A stretch of DNA of 64,000 bases from Candidatus Omnitrophota bacterium (GTDB lineage: Bacteria; Omnitrophota; Gorgyraeia; Duberdicusellales; 4484-171), in assembly GCA_016935525.1 (NCBI GenBank), contig JAFGQU010000021.1, forward strand, positions 15,028 to 79,027. Direction: 5' to 3'. Numbering within the stretch: the stretch's first letter is position 1; each line of letters starts with the position of its first letter. Of this stretch, positions 42,736 through 53,397 are shown one piece after another. Position numbers and translations under genes: made by a program. The notes below the pieces were generated by a model that searched no databases, had not been told where the DNA came from, and saw only the letters and a list, made by a program, of their open reading frames with translations.

Positions 42736-43911
42736 ATGTACAAAATAATGAAATTAGATAAGATCGCGCCGGAAGGGTTAGCCCTTTTTCCTCTTGATCA
42801 ATACGAGATCGGCACCGAAATCTCGGAACCCACGGGGATACTTCTGCGTAGTTTCAATATGCACGATATGAAACTGCCCGATTCACTCCTTGCCGTCGGG
42901 AGGGCCGGAGCCGGAGTGAACAACATTCCGATTGAGAAATGCGCCGAAAAAGGCATTATCGTATTCAATACTCCCGGAGCAAATGCGAATGCCGTAAAAG
43001 AGTTGACGATCACCGGGCTGCTTTTGGCGTCACGGGATATCGTCAAGGGGATTAATTTTTCAGAATCGTTGAAAGGAAAAGGGACCGAAGTCCCCCAGCT
43101 GGTTGAGAAAAACAAAAAGAAATTCGCCGGTACCGAAATCAACGGTAAAACTCTGGGAGTACTGGGATTAGGTAAAATCGGGGTGATGGTCGCAAACGCC
43201 GCGCTTGACCTCGGGATGAACGTCGTCGGATACGATCCTTCTATTTCCGTCGAATCGGCGTGGGGGCTGTCCCGGGATGTACAGAGAGCGACCGGACTGG
43301 ATATGTTGCTGGCTAATGCCGATTATCTTTCGTTACATGTACCCCTGGCCGATACTACCCGCGGGATGATCAATGCCGAACGGTTGGCCCGGATGAAAAA
43401 AGGAATACGCATATTGAATTTTTCGCGCGGGGGGATCGTCAATAACGATGATCTGAGTACGGCACTTAAAGAGGGGATTGTCGCAAAATATGTGACTGAT
43501 TTTCCCGATGACGAACTTCTACATATGGAAAATGTGATCGCGATCCCCCATTTGGGCGCCTCCACCGAGGAAGCCGAAAGTAATTGCGCGATCATGGTCG
43601 CCCGACAGATGATCGATTTTATCGAAAGAGGAAATATCAAACATTCGGTCAATTATCCCGATTGCAAACTGGAATTAAGTTCGGATTTCCGCCTTATCGT
43701 GATGAACAAGAATATCCCCAATATGGTCGGGCAGGTATCGACTATCCTGGCGAAATCGAATATTAATATCACCGAGATGTTGAATAAGAGTAGAGGGAAT
43801 TACGCCTGTACGATCATCGATGTTTCCGACCGGCCGGATGAGAAAATAGTAAAATCGATCTCCTCTATCGAAGGGGTCGTGAAGGTAAGGATCCTAGATT
43901 TGAAAAAGTAA
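42736..43911 (+). CDS. serA: D-3-phosphoglycerate dehydrogenase (with C-terminal ACT domain)
   Basis: 391 aa with the 2-hydroxyacid dehydrogenase NAD motif GLGKIG and an ACT-like C-terminus. Confidence 0.9.
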   Translation: MYKIMKLDKIAPEGLALFPLDQYEIGTEISEPTGILLRSFNMHDMKLPDSLLAVGRAGAGVNNIPIEKCAEKGIIVFNTPGANANAVKELTITGLLLASRDIVKGINFSESLKGKGTEVPQLVEKNKKKFAGTEINGKTLGVLGLGKIGVMVANAALDLGMNVVGYDPSISVESAWGLSRDVQRATGLDMLLANADYLSLHVPLADTTRGMINAERLARMKKGIRILNFSRGGIVNNDDLSTALKEGIVAKYVTDFPDDELLHMENVIAIPHLGASTEEAESNCAIMVARQMIDFIERGNIKHSVNYPDCKLELSSDFRLIVMNKNIPNMVGQVSTILAKSNINITEMLNKSRGNYACTIIDVSDRPDEKIVKSISSIEGVVKVRILDLKK

Positions 43912-44189
43912 CCGGGATATTTTTTGGCCGATATATTTTTTTATCTGGCCGGATTTCATCCGGCAATGAAACCCTTCCCCCTCCTCTGAGATCACTTATC
44001 TCAGGGATCCCGTGAGGAGAAATTCTGGCAGTACTTTTTGGCCTCTACTGACCGTTGTAGTGGGCTATACGCTGGATGCACGGTCAGCCGATTAGGGGTT
44101 CCCGGATAAATTCCGCCTTGAAAATCAAAAAAATTACAGTACAATTATACTATCTTTACCTATAAATATACCTGAATAAGAGATACACC

Positions 44190-45308
44190 ATGAACTTCCT
44201 GACTTTTACCGTAAAAGACCTTATCCGCAGAAAAATACGTTATATACTGACTCTCCTGGGCATCACGATCGGGATCGTGACCTGTATCATCATGCTCGCC
44301 TTAAGCGAAGGTATCCGTGACTCCTTTAAGGGAGCCTATATCGAACGTAACATCGATATCGTTGTCTTCGCGAAAGACGAATTCAACCTTCTGGCCAGTC
44401 GTATCGATAATTCCGTAGTCGAAGGGCTGAAAAATATCCATGAAATAGAAAACGCAACCGGCGTTATCCTGGATATCGTTAAATACCGGAAATCATACGT
44501 CCCGGTGTACGGGTGGCCCCTGGACAGCCCGATGTTCGGCGAAATAAAAATAAACGGCCGGCTCCCCCTTTCCGGACAAAGAGAAGTGTTGATCGGCGAA
44601 CTGTTTGCTCAGAATTCCGGAAAAAAAATCGGTGATACGCTGGATATCAAAAGAAAGACATTCCATATCGTAGGGATATTTCAGAGCGATATCCCGTTTG
44701 AAAAATCGGCGTTCATCGTGCCGCTGATCACCCTGCAGCGCCTGGACCGGACCTATAGGGATACGGTTGTCGCGATAAACGTCACATTAAAACCGGCCTA
44801 TCGGATAAAAGAAAAAATTGATTTGGTGACCGCCGAAATAGAGAACACGTTTCCGGAAGTCTCCGCGCAATCCAGTGATATTTTCGGGGAAGAACGTACC
44901 GAGATGATCCTGATGGGTGAAAAATTCGCTCAACTGGTGTTTTTGATCACCTTGTTCGCGGTCATCCTGGGACTCTCTAATACCATGATCACCTCGGTAT
45001 TTGAAAAAAGGAAATTGATGGGATTGTTGATGACTATCGGCTGGAAAAAAAGCGATATCATGAAATCTTTGTTCCTGCAGGCGTTCCTGTTAAGTATCGC
45101 AGGAGGGATCCTGGGAGTCACCATCGGATTCTTTACCACTCATTATATTTTTAACCAGCTCGTCATCCAGATCTTTACCCCTTCCTGGGATTACCTGTTC
45201 GTCTTTAAAGTCATCGGGACGCTTCTTGTGGTGACCGTCACCGCCAGCGTGATATCGTCATGGAGTATCGTCAATATCAATCCGATCGAGGTGATAAAAA
45301 GTGAGTAA
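44190..45308 (+). CDS. ABC transporter permease, FtsX/MacB-like (AttF/AttG-type context)
   Basis: 372 aa with an N-terminal TM, a periplasmic domain and C-terminal TMs of the FtsX fold. Confidence 0.8.
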   Translation: MNFLTFTVKDLIRRKIRYILTLLGITIGIVTCIIMLALSEGIRDSFKGAYIERNIDIVVFAKDEFNLLASRIDNSVVEGLKNIHEIENATGVILDIVKYRKSYVPVYGWPLDSPMFGEIKINGRLPLSGQREVLIGELFAQNSGKKIGDTLDIKRKTFHIVGIFQSDIPFEKSAFIVPLITLQRLDRTYRDTVVAINVTLKPAYRIKEKIDLVTAEIENTFPEVSAQSSDIFGEERTEMILMGEKFAQLVFLITLFAVILGLSNTMITSVFEKRKLMGLLMTIGWKKSDIMKSLFLQAFLLSIAGGILGVTIGFFTTHYIFNQLVIQIFTPSWDYLFVFKVIGTLLVVTVTASVISSWSIVNINPIEVIKSE

Positions 45309-45978
45309 GAAACAACCGCCGTTGCTTAATGTCGATCGAGTTTCTAAATTGTTCACGTCCGGACGTACCCAGGCGCTCAACGATATTTCGTTTAAAGCTC
45401 ATCAGGGCGAATTTCTTTCGATCTACGGCCCCTCGGGAAGCGGTAAGACCACACTGCTATATATCATCGCCGGCCTGATCCGACCGTCGAAAGGAGAGGT
45501 GTTTATCCGGGGAAAATCGTTATCGGCAATACCGAACCTGCCGTGCATGCGTCGCAAGACCATCGGGTTTATCTTTCAGGATTTTTATCTGTACCCCAGT
45601 TTTACCGTATTAGAAAATGTGTTATTACCTAACGTCAATCAGTTTACTCTCGCTAAAAAATGGGTGATAAAAGCCGAAACCCTCCTGCATCAACTGGGTA
45701 TCCACCGTAAAGCCCGCCAGAATATCAATGAACTTTCCTGCGGTGAACGGCAACGGGTATGTATTGCCCGGGCACTCCTGAACGATCCGGCCCTGATCCT
45801 TGCCGATGAACCGACGGGAAGCCTTGATTCGGAAAACTCCATCAACGTGTTGGAAATACTGCAAAAGATCAATGAACAGCGTAACACGACGATACTCATG
45901 GTGACCCATGATACCAGTGTATCAAAATACGCGCACCGGAATATCGAGATCATCGACGGAAAAATAAGGAATCCGTGA
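45301..45978 (+). CDS. ABC transporter ATP-binding protein
   Basis: 225 aa with Walker A GPSGSGKTT, the signature LSCGERQR and a Walker B ILADEPTGSLD. Confidence 0.9.
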   Translation: MSKKQPPLLNVDRVSKLFTSGRTQALNDISFKAHQGEFLSIYGPSGSGKTTLLYIIAGLIRPSKGEVFIRGKSLSAIPNLPCMRRKTIGFIFQDFYLYPSFTVLENVLLPNVNQFTLAKKWVIKAETLLHQLGIHRKARQNINELSCGERQRVCIARALLNDPALILADEPTGSLDSENSINVLEILQKINEQRNTTILMVTHDTSVSKYAHRNIEIIDGKIRNP

Positions 45979-48194
45979 TCATGGAGTATCTCCCGGTCCA
46001 GAACCATATTCGACATACCCCACACAAAAAATCTTACCTCAACGACGAATCACCTCATTTTGATCGAACCGTTGAATGGTGGTTTGTTCAAGGATACTAT
46101 GGATCATCCGGTTTTGGCCGCAGAGATTTCATGGTCAGCTTTTTTCGGCAAAAGGTACCGCAAGACGTAAAAGAGATCGACGGCGATATCTTTCATGTCG
46201 TCATCGCCATATACGATCCGGTACGAAAAGAGTGCCGTCGTAAGATGATCGCCCATAAAAAAGCTCTCGAATCTATGGCTCGTTATGGACCAAAACAGAA
46301 TAAAACCGTCGATTCTTCCCTAGTACGTGCGTATCTCAATGAAATCCTTACCTACGGGCCGGCGGCGGATATCGTGATATCTGAAACCCCCGTGACGATT
46401 TCGGGGACACCGCTTACCTACCGTTGGGATGGATTTGAGCTGGTCCAAAAAGACGGTACGTTCCTGTTGTATTTTCCCGATCTTTTTACCGGGATCCGAT
46501 GCGGGCTTGAGCTGACCCCCGGTTATGCTTCTCTTGATCTAAAACAGATGAATGTCACTAATTCCGATGATATGGCGTATCGCTGTTATCCCCGGATGGA
46601 TGTCCGGGGAACTGACGGAAAAGAACAATTGCGCGGAGAAGCCTGGTTTGATCATCAGTTTGGAGAATATCAGGATACGTTCCTTACGCAAAAAAACGAA
46701 CATGTATTAGGATGGGATTGGATCGCGTTAAACCTTGATGACGGGACTGACGGTATTTTTATGGCTCATCGGGAGATGAATACCGGTATGATAAAAAATA
46801 TCAGTTTAGTCCTCAAAAAATCCGGTGAAGAAGCGGTCTTGTTTAAAGAAGTCCAAGCGACACCTCTTGGTTACTGGGAAAGCCCGAAAACTCATATTGT
46901 CTGGCCGGTAAAATGGCGGATCGAGGTCCCTTCATCCAATATCGATTTTACATTCACACCGGCTTACGATGACCAGGAGATCATGTATCTAGGCCTGATG
47001 CGGGCGATCTGGGAAGGAAGCGGGAACATAACCGGGTCGTTTTCCGGAATCCATATCCAGGGCCGCGGACGGTTAGAACTGTACGGGTACGGATATATTA
47101 CCGATATTAAAAATTATATGGACCATTTTATCAAACGGTTTGACCGGCATATCGAAGAATTTTTCCCGCAAAATATCGATGAAGACTGGTTATGCCGATA
47201 TCTGGGTAAACCGCTGTGGCAACATGATCCCCAGGCGTACCGGTCGGTCCTCACCCGGCCGGTATGGGACCTGATGCAACGTAAAGGAAAACACTGGCGG
47301 ACGGTTTTTGGCGTTTTGTTCCTCGATTCATTAGGATACCCTTCGGGTAAATATGAAGCGTTACTTGCTACCGCTTTGGAACTGAACCATACCGGCGCGT
47401 TAATCATCGATGATATCGAAGATAATTCGTTACTGCGTCGCGGGGATACCTCTATCCATCTTAAATACGGAACCGACATCGCGATCAATGCCGGTAATAC
47501 CCTCTATTTTTTACCGTATGTACAGTTATGGGATCATCCTCATCTCGACCAGGACCAGAAATACGAACTGTACCGGATCATGGTAAAAGTATGGACTCGA
47601 TCGCATTTCGGTCAGGGTGCCGATATTTACTGGTCGAGGAATCTTTCCCGGGAAAACCTGGACGCGTGGCTTGCCGATTCTCTGCCGGAGAAGATCCTTC
47701 AGATGTATTCTTACAAGACTGCCGCGGCCGTAGAAGGAGTCGGAGAATCCGTATGCGTGATCGCCCGGACGGATGACGCGACTAAAGAAGCCTATATGTC
47801 GTTAGGCCGTATCTTCGGTACGGCTTTTCAGATCATCGATGATATTAATAATTTTAACGATTCTAAAGAGTGGCGTAAGACCTGCGGCGAAGATCTCGCG
47901 CGCGGGAAACTCACCTACGTCATCGTCCAGGCCTTGACTCTTCTGGATGCTGAAAAACGGAAACGGTTGACCGATATCCTCCTTTCGGAAACAGAACGTA
48001 CCTCGCCCGATTCGTTTGCTGAAGGGATCAGACTTATTCGGACCTCGGGCGCTCTGGAATTATGCCGTACCCAGGCGCAAAAGATGATCGAAGACCAATG
48101 GAAACAATTTTCTCGCCATGCCGATCCTTCCGACGCAAAGACCATGATCAGAATGCTTATCTGGAGACTCACCAACATCGTCTATGAAAGCTGA
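45975..48194 (+). CDS. Fusion protein: AttH/CrtC-like lipocalin-type domain (N) plus trans-polyprenyl diphosphate synthase (C)
   Basis: The N-terminus has EWWFVQGYYG (EWWY-type motif of CrtC/AttH). The C-terminus has the first DDxxD DDIEDNSLLRRG, the second DDxxN IIDDINNFND, and GKxTY. Confidence 0.65.
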   Translation: MIMEYLPVQNHIRHTPHKKSYLNDESPHFDRTVEWWFVQGYYGSSGFGRRDFMVSFFRQKVPQDVKEIDGDIFHVVIAIYDPVRKECRRKMIAHKKALESMARYGPKQNKTVDSSLVRAYLNEILTYGPAADIVISETPVTISGTPLTYRWDGFELVQKDGTFLLYFPDLFTGIRCGLELTPGYASLDLKQMNVTNSDDMAYRCYPRMDVRGTDGKEQLRGEAWFDHQFGEYQDTFLTQKNEHVLGWDWIALNLDDGTDGIFMAHREMNTGMIKNISLVLKKSGEEAVLFKEVQATPLGYWESPKTHIVWPVKWRIEVPSSNIDFTFTPAYDDQEIMYLGLMRAIWEGSGNITGSFSGIHIQGRGRLELYGYGYITDIKNYMDHFIKRFDRHIEEFFPQNIDEDWLCRYLGKPLWQHDPQAYRSVLTRPVWDLMQRKGKHWRTVFGVLFLDSLGYPSGKYEALLATALELNHTGALIIDDIEDNSLLRRGDTSIHLKYGTDIAINAGNTLYFLPYVQLWDHPHLDQDQKYELYRIMVKVWTRSHFGQGADIYWSRNLSRENLDAWLADSLPEKILQMYSYKTAAAVEGVGESVCVIARTDDATKEAYMSLGRIFGTAFQIIDDINNFNDSKEWRKTCGEDLARGKLTYVIVQALTLLDAEKRKRLTDILLSETERTSPDSFAEGIRLIRTSGALELCRTQAQKMIEDQWKQFSRHADPSDAKTMIRMLIWRLTNIVYES

Positions 48195-49446
48195 CCTCAA
48201 AAACCGCGTACTCATCGTCGGCGGCGGACCGGCAGGGATGATGGCGGCGATCGCCGCGGGAAACAGTACCGATAACGTACTGTTGATCGAACAAAACTCC
48301 TCCTGCGGAAAAAAACTGCTGGTATCGGGTAACGGCCGATGCAATTTTACCAATGCCCGTGATATCCGTTCGTTTCCCGAGCATTTCGCACACGGCGGCA
48401 CATTTTTGCGTGACGCGTTCAATACGTTTTCTAACCGTGACCTTATCGATTTCTTCAAAAACCGCGGGTTATCTTCTCATTGCGAAGAAGACCAAAAGGT
48501 GTTTCCGGTGAGTGACAATGCCGGTGATGTTCTTAACGTATTATTGAAAGAACTGAAAAAGAAAAAAGTAAAGATCCTCTACAATACTGCTCTTGAGAAA
48601 ATACTGCTCTCTGAGAACGCAGTCGAAGGGATACGCCTTTCAAAAAAAGAAATCATCCCCGGCCGCACACTTATCCTTGCGACCGGCGGGATAAGTTATC
48701 CGCATACCGGCTCAGACGGATGTGGATTACGTATCGCCAAAACGCTTCCCCATACCGTCACCCCGCTTCTGGCCGGACTCACCTCGATCCAGAGCGCTCA
48801 AGAATACATCAGACACCTGGAAGGTATTTCGTTAAGAGGAGTAGTCCTTACCTTGCATATCGCCAAGAAAAAGCTGAAATCGCAAAAAGGCGATATTATG
48901 TTTACCCGAAACGGCCTTTCCGGGCCGCTGGCGATGTCGTATAGTTCAAAGATCGCATTAGCAGTGTATGAGCACCGGAACATAAGGATATCGATCGACC
49001 TGTTTCCCGATATGACCAACGAAATGCTCCATCAGACCCTTAAAGACCATTGGCAGGCTCATTCCCGGAAAAACCTCACCAATTCTTTATCCGCTTTTGT
49101 GCCGGAACGGTTTGCTCATACGTTACTTAACATACACAGGATCGATACCGGAAAAACGGTAAGCTATATGACAAAACGCGAACGTACCATTATTACGGGT
49201 TTTTTAAAAAATCTTACGCTCGACATCACCGGATGCGGCCCGGTTGAAAAAGCTATGGTCACCCGCGGCGGGATATCGTTAAAAGAAGTCGATCCCCGGT
49301 CGATGGCCTCGCGGATCATCAAAGGATTATATTTTGCCGGGGAAATGCTGGATATCGACGGTGATACCGGCGGATTTAACCTGCAAGCCGCGTTTTCTAC
49401 CGGATATCTGGCCGGAATACATGCGGCAGGTGAGAAACGAAAATAA
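48184..49446 (+). CDS. HI0933/BaiN-family FAD-dependent flavoprotein
   Basis: 420 aa with an N-terminal GGGPAGMMAAI dinucleotide fold and a C-terminal GGFNLQAAFSTGYLAG. Confidence 0.8.
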   Translation: MKADLKNRVLIVGGGPAGMMAAIAAGNSTDNVLLIEQNSSCGKKLLVSGNGRCNFTNARDIRSFPEHFAHGGTFLRDAFNTFSNRDLIDFFKNRGLSSHCEEDQKVFPVSDNAGDVLNVLLKELKKKKVKILYNTALEKILLSENAVEGIRLSKKEIIPGRTLILATGGISYPHTGSDGCGLRIAKTLPHTVTPLLAGLTSIQSAQEYIRHLEGISLRGVVLTLHIAKKKLKSQKGDIMFTRNGLSGPLAMSYSSKIALAVYEHRNIRISIDLFPDMTNEMLHQTLKDHWQAHSRKNLTNSLSAFVPERFAHTLLNIHRIDTGKTVSYMTKRERTIITGFLKNLTLDITGCGPVEKAMVTRGGISLKEVDPRSMASRIIKGLYFAGEMLDIDGDTGGFNLQAAFSTGYLAGIHAAGEKRK

Positions 49447-49502
49447 ATAATTTTCTTCATAAATAAAGGATATTTAGGTAGAATAATAAAAGGCCTGTAC
49501 AC

Positions 49503-49529
49503 CGCCCGGATAAGGGCGGTTTGTTTTTC
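49503..49529 (+). terminator. Intrinsic terminator
   Basis: Hairpin ccgccc-ggataa-gggcgg followed by tttgttttt. Confidence 0.75.
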
Positions 49530-49556
49530 AACACACCTTAAGAAAGGAGAATCCCG

Positions 49557-50534
49557 GTGCAACCACCTAAAATATACGGGGTCAGCATCTGGTTAGTCGT
49601 CACCCTGGCGATAAGCCTCTTTGTCTTCCTTATCGGGAAACTCATACCTTCCCCGCTCCTTGACCCTTTACTGGTAGCTCTGACGTTAGGGATTATCCTG
49701 CGGTTACTGATCAAATTCAATGATACCTCTCTGGCTCAATTACGTATGGCTCCGGCGTTCCTTATTCCTCCGGGCGTGATCCTCTATGGAGCGGTAAACC
49801 TGAATTTCAGTAAATTAACTCCGCTTGACCCCAATTTCATCTTTTTGATCTTCATTGTATTTCTTATTTATACCATCTCTTGTCTGATGTTTTCGCGTCT
49901 GTTACGCCTAAACGAGCGTACCGGATACCTGATCACTACCGGCTCGACCATCTGCGGCGCCTCCGCCATCACTATTACCTCGCGCGGTATCGATGCTGAA
50001 CCGGAAGAAATCTCGTTAAGCCTTATTCCGATATTTATTGCGGCACTCATCGGTTTGTTTTTTATCATGCCGAACGTAAAAATCATGATGGGCCTTTCCC
50101 CTACCGAATACGGAGTATTTGCCGGAACGGTATTACAGTTTACCGGATTTGTAAAAGCAGCCGTAGCCGATTTGCCCGGCGAAGTTCAAAATATCGCGAT
50201 GTCGGTAAAAGCCGTCCGGTACGTGGGGCTTTTGTTTATGATCCCGCTGTTTGCCAGCATCATAAAAGGGAAACCGTATGTCCCGATGGTCCTCTGGTTT
50301 TTTCTCGGTGCCGGTCTATTATTCTCTTTTTTCCCAACCCTGACGGCGGCCGTAAAACCTTTTTTCAAGACTCTTCTTAACATATTGTGGAGTATGGCGA
50401 TGGCGGCGATCGGTTTAAACGCAAATGCGAAAAAGATATTTTCCCGGGAAGGGTTAAAAGCATTGATAGTAAGCCTTCTGTCATTTTTTATCGCAACCAG
50501 CGTATTTTTAACCGGGATTTTAATACTTAAATAA
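49557..50534 (+). CDS. Polytopic membrane protein, possibly YeiH/UPF0324-type exporter
   Basis: 325 aa with about 10 TMs; family assignment is tentative. Confidence 0.35.
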   Translation: MQPPKIYGVSIWLVVTLAISLFVFLIGKLIPSPLLDPLLVALTLGIILRLLIKFNDTSLAQLRMAPAFLIPPGVILYGAVNLNFSKLTPLDPNFIFLIFIVFLIYTISCLMFSRLLRLNERTGYLITTGSTICGASAITITSRGIDAEPEEISLSLIPIFIAALIGLFFIMPNVKIMMGLSPTEYGVFAGTVLQFTGFVKAAVADLPGEVQNIAMSVKAVRYVGLLFMIPLFASIIKGKPYVPMVLWFFLGAGLLFSFFPTLTAAVKPFFKTLLNILWSMAMAAIGLNANAKKIFSREGLKALIVSLLSFFIATSVFLTGILILK

Positions 50535-50549
50535 ACACGGAATAATACC

Positions 50550-52538
50550 ATGAAAATAGGGTTACGCGTTATCCTGGGGATACTGGCGATTGTCCTGACA
50601 ATCCTGATCTCATCGTTTCTTTCGGTAAATATCAGTGAAAAGGCATTACAGGATTTTATCGGCCATGAGGCAATATCGAAAACCCAGGAGGCACTTGAAA
50701 CGATAGATGATACGATCCTCATCCGCATAGAAGAAGTCGATTTTTTTGCTCACGCTATCTCCTCTCATCCGATACTTGCCGAATCAAACAGATATTTCGA
50801 TACCCACCCGAATCTTGCTAAATACATACAGGAAAAAGATAAAGAATGGATATCTCTGCCTAAAGAAGCCATTACTCCTTTCATAAAAGAAATCGTCGGC
50901 AACCCCCTCTCCCAACAGATACGATGGCGACTGCAGGAAACCCATCCTCAAGAAAAGATATTTGCCGAGGTATTCATCACTAATAAATACGGGGTGAATG
51001 TCGCACAATCGACGAAAACGACCGATTATTATCAGGGTGACGAACTATGGTGGCAACAAGCTAAAGAAACCGGCAGGCATATTGCCGATCTGCAGTTTGA
51101 CGAAAGCAGCGAACAATATGCTATTACTATCGCATCGCGGATCGACGACCAAAACGGAAATTTTGCCGGCGTGATAAAAGCATTACTCACCGTAGATGAA
51201 ATCACTAACCTTATCCAGAAAAATATATTACGGGCACGTGAACAGGTATTGATGACTTTGATCACAAAAGAAGGCAAGATCATTTACTCTTCCGAAGGAT
51301 ACAAACCTTTTCGTGACGTTTCCGATCTCCTTACTTTAAAAAGACAATCGGGTGCCGGAAAAAAATTCCTGATCGTCGAAGACGAAGAAGGGCAAAAAAG
51401 CAAAGGATTTCTGGCCTGGGCCGAATCAGAAGGTTCCCATGAGTTTCCCGGATTTCAATGGATCTTATTCTCGCAATATGAGACGAATACTCTTTTTGCT
51501 CCGATCAAAAGGCTGAAGATCACTCTGCTTACGATCACTCTTTTAGTCACGTTCATCTCGATCATCATCGGGTTCAGTATTTCTTATTCGGTATCTTCCC
51601 CGATCAACAAACTGACCGGGATCGCCCAAAATCTCAGCGAGGGAAGGTTAACCGTAGCGATACCCGACGACCTGAAAAACCTCACCGATGAGATCGGCCA
51701 ATTCGCCAAAGTATTCGATTCAATGCGCCAACGACTTAAAATCACGTACGATAGCCTGGAAAAAAAAGTAAAAGAACGTACTGCCGATCTGGAAAATAAA
51801 ACCTTCCAATTGGAAAAGACTAAAAAAGAACTGGAACGGTCAAATAAAGATCTGGAACAATTCGCGTATGTCGCCTCTCACGACCTCCAGGAACCGTTAA
51901 GAAAGATCATCGCGTTCGGAGACCTGTTCCAGGAAGAAATGGGTAGAAATATCTCGGAAAACGCAAAAGACTATCTCCACCGCATGCAGAATGCGGCTTA
52001 TCGTATGCGTAACCTTATCGAAGGATTACTACAATATTCCCGGCTGAACACCCGGGCATTGCCTTTTGAAGAAGTCGATCTGGAAAAAATCGTCCAAGAT
52101 GTCCTTGGTACTCTGGAATTGACTATTCAGGAAACTGGTGCTACCATTGAGGTCGGGTATCTTCCCCGGATGAAAGCCGATCAGCTGCAGATGGAACAAC
52201 TGTTTCAGAATCTCATCATGAACGCCCTGAAATTCCGTAAACCCGGTCAAAAACCGCGTATTACTATTACCAGCTGGCCGGCACAGATCGGGTGGGTACA
52301 GATCGCCATCCAGGATAACGGTATCGGATTTGACGAAAAATATACCGAACGGATATTTTATCCTTTTCAACGCCTGCATAAATCAGGAGAATTTGAAGGG
52401 GCAGGTATCGGCCTTTCTATATGTAAAAAAATAGTCGAACGTCATGGCGGACAGATCAGCGTCAAGAGTAACCCTCAGGAAGGCAGCACTTTTATTATCC
52501 ATCTGCCTACCCATGAAATCGAAAGGAGTCAAAAATGA
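50550..52538 (+). CDS. Sensor histidine kinase (periplasmic Cache-like domain, HAMP, HisKA, HATPase)
   Basis: 662 aa with two TMs flanking a sensor domain, the H-box VASHDLQEPLR and the G boxes. Confidence 0.85.
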   Translation: MKIGLRVILGILAIVLTILISSFLSVNISEKALQDFIGHEAISKTQEALETIDDTILIRIEEVDFFAHAISSHPILAESNRYFDTHPNLAKYIQEKDKEWISLPKEAITPFIKEIVGNPLSQQIRWRLQETHPQEKIFAEVFITNKYGVNVAQSTKTTDYYQGDELWWQQAKETGRHIADLQFDESSEQYAITIASRIDDQNGNFAGVIKALLTVDEITNLIQKNILRAREQVLMTLITKEGKIIYSSEGYKPFRDVSDLLTLKRQSGAGKKFLIVEDEEGQKSKGFLAWAESEGSHEFPGFQWILFSQYETNTLFAPIKRLKITLLTITLLVTFISIIIGFSISYSVSSPINKLTGIAQNLSEGRLTVAIPDDLKNLTDEIGQFAKVFDSMRQRLKITYDSLEKKVKERTADLENKTFQLEKTKKELERSNKDLEQFAYVASHDLQEPLRKIIAFGDLFQEEMGRNISENAKDYLHRMQNAAYRMRNLIEGLLQYSRLNTRALPFEEVDLEKIVQDVLGTLELTIQETGATIEVGYLPRMKADQLQMEQLFQNLIMNALKFRKPGQKPRITITSWPAQIGWVQIAIQDNGIGFDEKYTERIFYPFQRLHKSGEFEGAGIGLSICKKIVERHGGQISVKSNPQEGSTFIIHLPTHEIERSQK

Positions 52539-52981
52539 TCGAATCCGAAAGAAAAACAATCTCTATTCTAATCGCTGATGATGATGACGATGATGTAATG
52601 CTGGTCACTAAAGCATTGAAAGAGTACCGTTTCCTAAACGACCTTCAACGCGTGCGGGACGGTGAAGAACTTCTGGATTACCTGTTCCATCGTGGGAACT
52701 ATACCGATGCCGATAAATTTCCATTACCAAACCTTATCCTTTTGGATTTAAATATGCCCCGTAAAGACGGACGGGAAGCGTTGAAAGAGATCAAAGATCA
52801 TCATGAACTCCGTAAGATCCCGGTAATCATCCTTACGACTTCGAAAACCGACGAAGATATCGTACGTTCTTACGATTTAGGGGTAAATTCTTTTGTGACC
52901 AAACCGGTAGAATTCAAAGATTTTATGGAAGTAATCAAAAATATCGGCACCTACTGGCTTGAGATAGTCCAGCTTCCTTAA
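52535..52981 (+). CDS. Response regulator, receiver-only (CheY-like)
   Basis: 148 aa with ADDDDDD...DLNMP (phospho-Asp) ...ILTTS. Confidence 0.8.
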   Translation: MIESERKTISILIADDDDDDVMLVTKALKEYRFLNDLQRVRDGEELLDYLFHRGNYTDADKFPLPNLILLDLNMPRKDGREALKEIKDHHELRKIPVIILTTSKTDEDIVRSYDLGVNSFVTKPVEFKDFMEVIKNIGTYWLEIVQLP

Positions 52982-53000
52982 GCGGGAAAGGAGAATACTG

Positions 53001-53387
53001 ATGAATAGGAAAATACTCCTTGTCGATGATGATAAAGAAGATCTCATGTTAATGGAACATTACCTGAAAAAAGCCGGGTTCAACAACCTAAGCAGTGTCT
53101 CCTCCGGCGAAGAAGCGGTTGAATATGTGAAAAAAGAAAAACCGTTCATTATCATCATCGATACTATTCTTTCAGGGATGGACGGGTTTGAGACCTGTCA
53201 GGCACTACGCGCGTTTTGCGGTGGCGAGACAAAGATCATCATATTGACCGGAAATATCGGGGCGGTAGATGTCGATAAAGCAAAAGAATGTGGCGCGACC
53301 GAATGCACGGTAAAAGGCAACAATTATCTGCATCTTGTAGGAGAAGTCCAAAAAATATGTTTGAAACTTAAACAAGAAGAAAGATAG
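53001..53387 (+). CDS. Response regulator, receiver-only
   Basis: 128 aa with LLVDDD...IIIDTILSGMDG...ILTG. Confidence 0.75.
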   Translation: MNRKILLVDDDKEDLMLMEHYLKKAGFNNLSSVSSGEEAVEYVKKEKPFIIIIDTILSGMDGFETCQALRAFCGGETKIIILTGNIGAVDVDKAKECGATECTVKGNNYLHLVGEVQKICLKLKQEER

Positions 53388-53397
53388 CCCTTTATCT

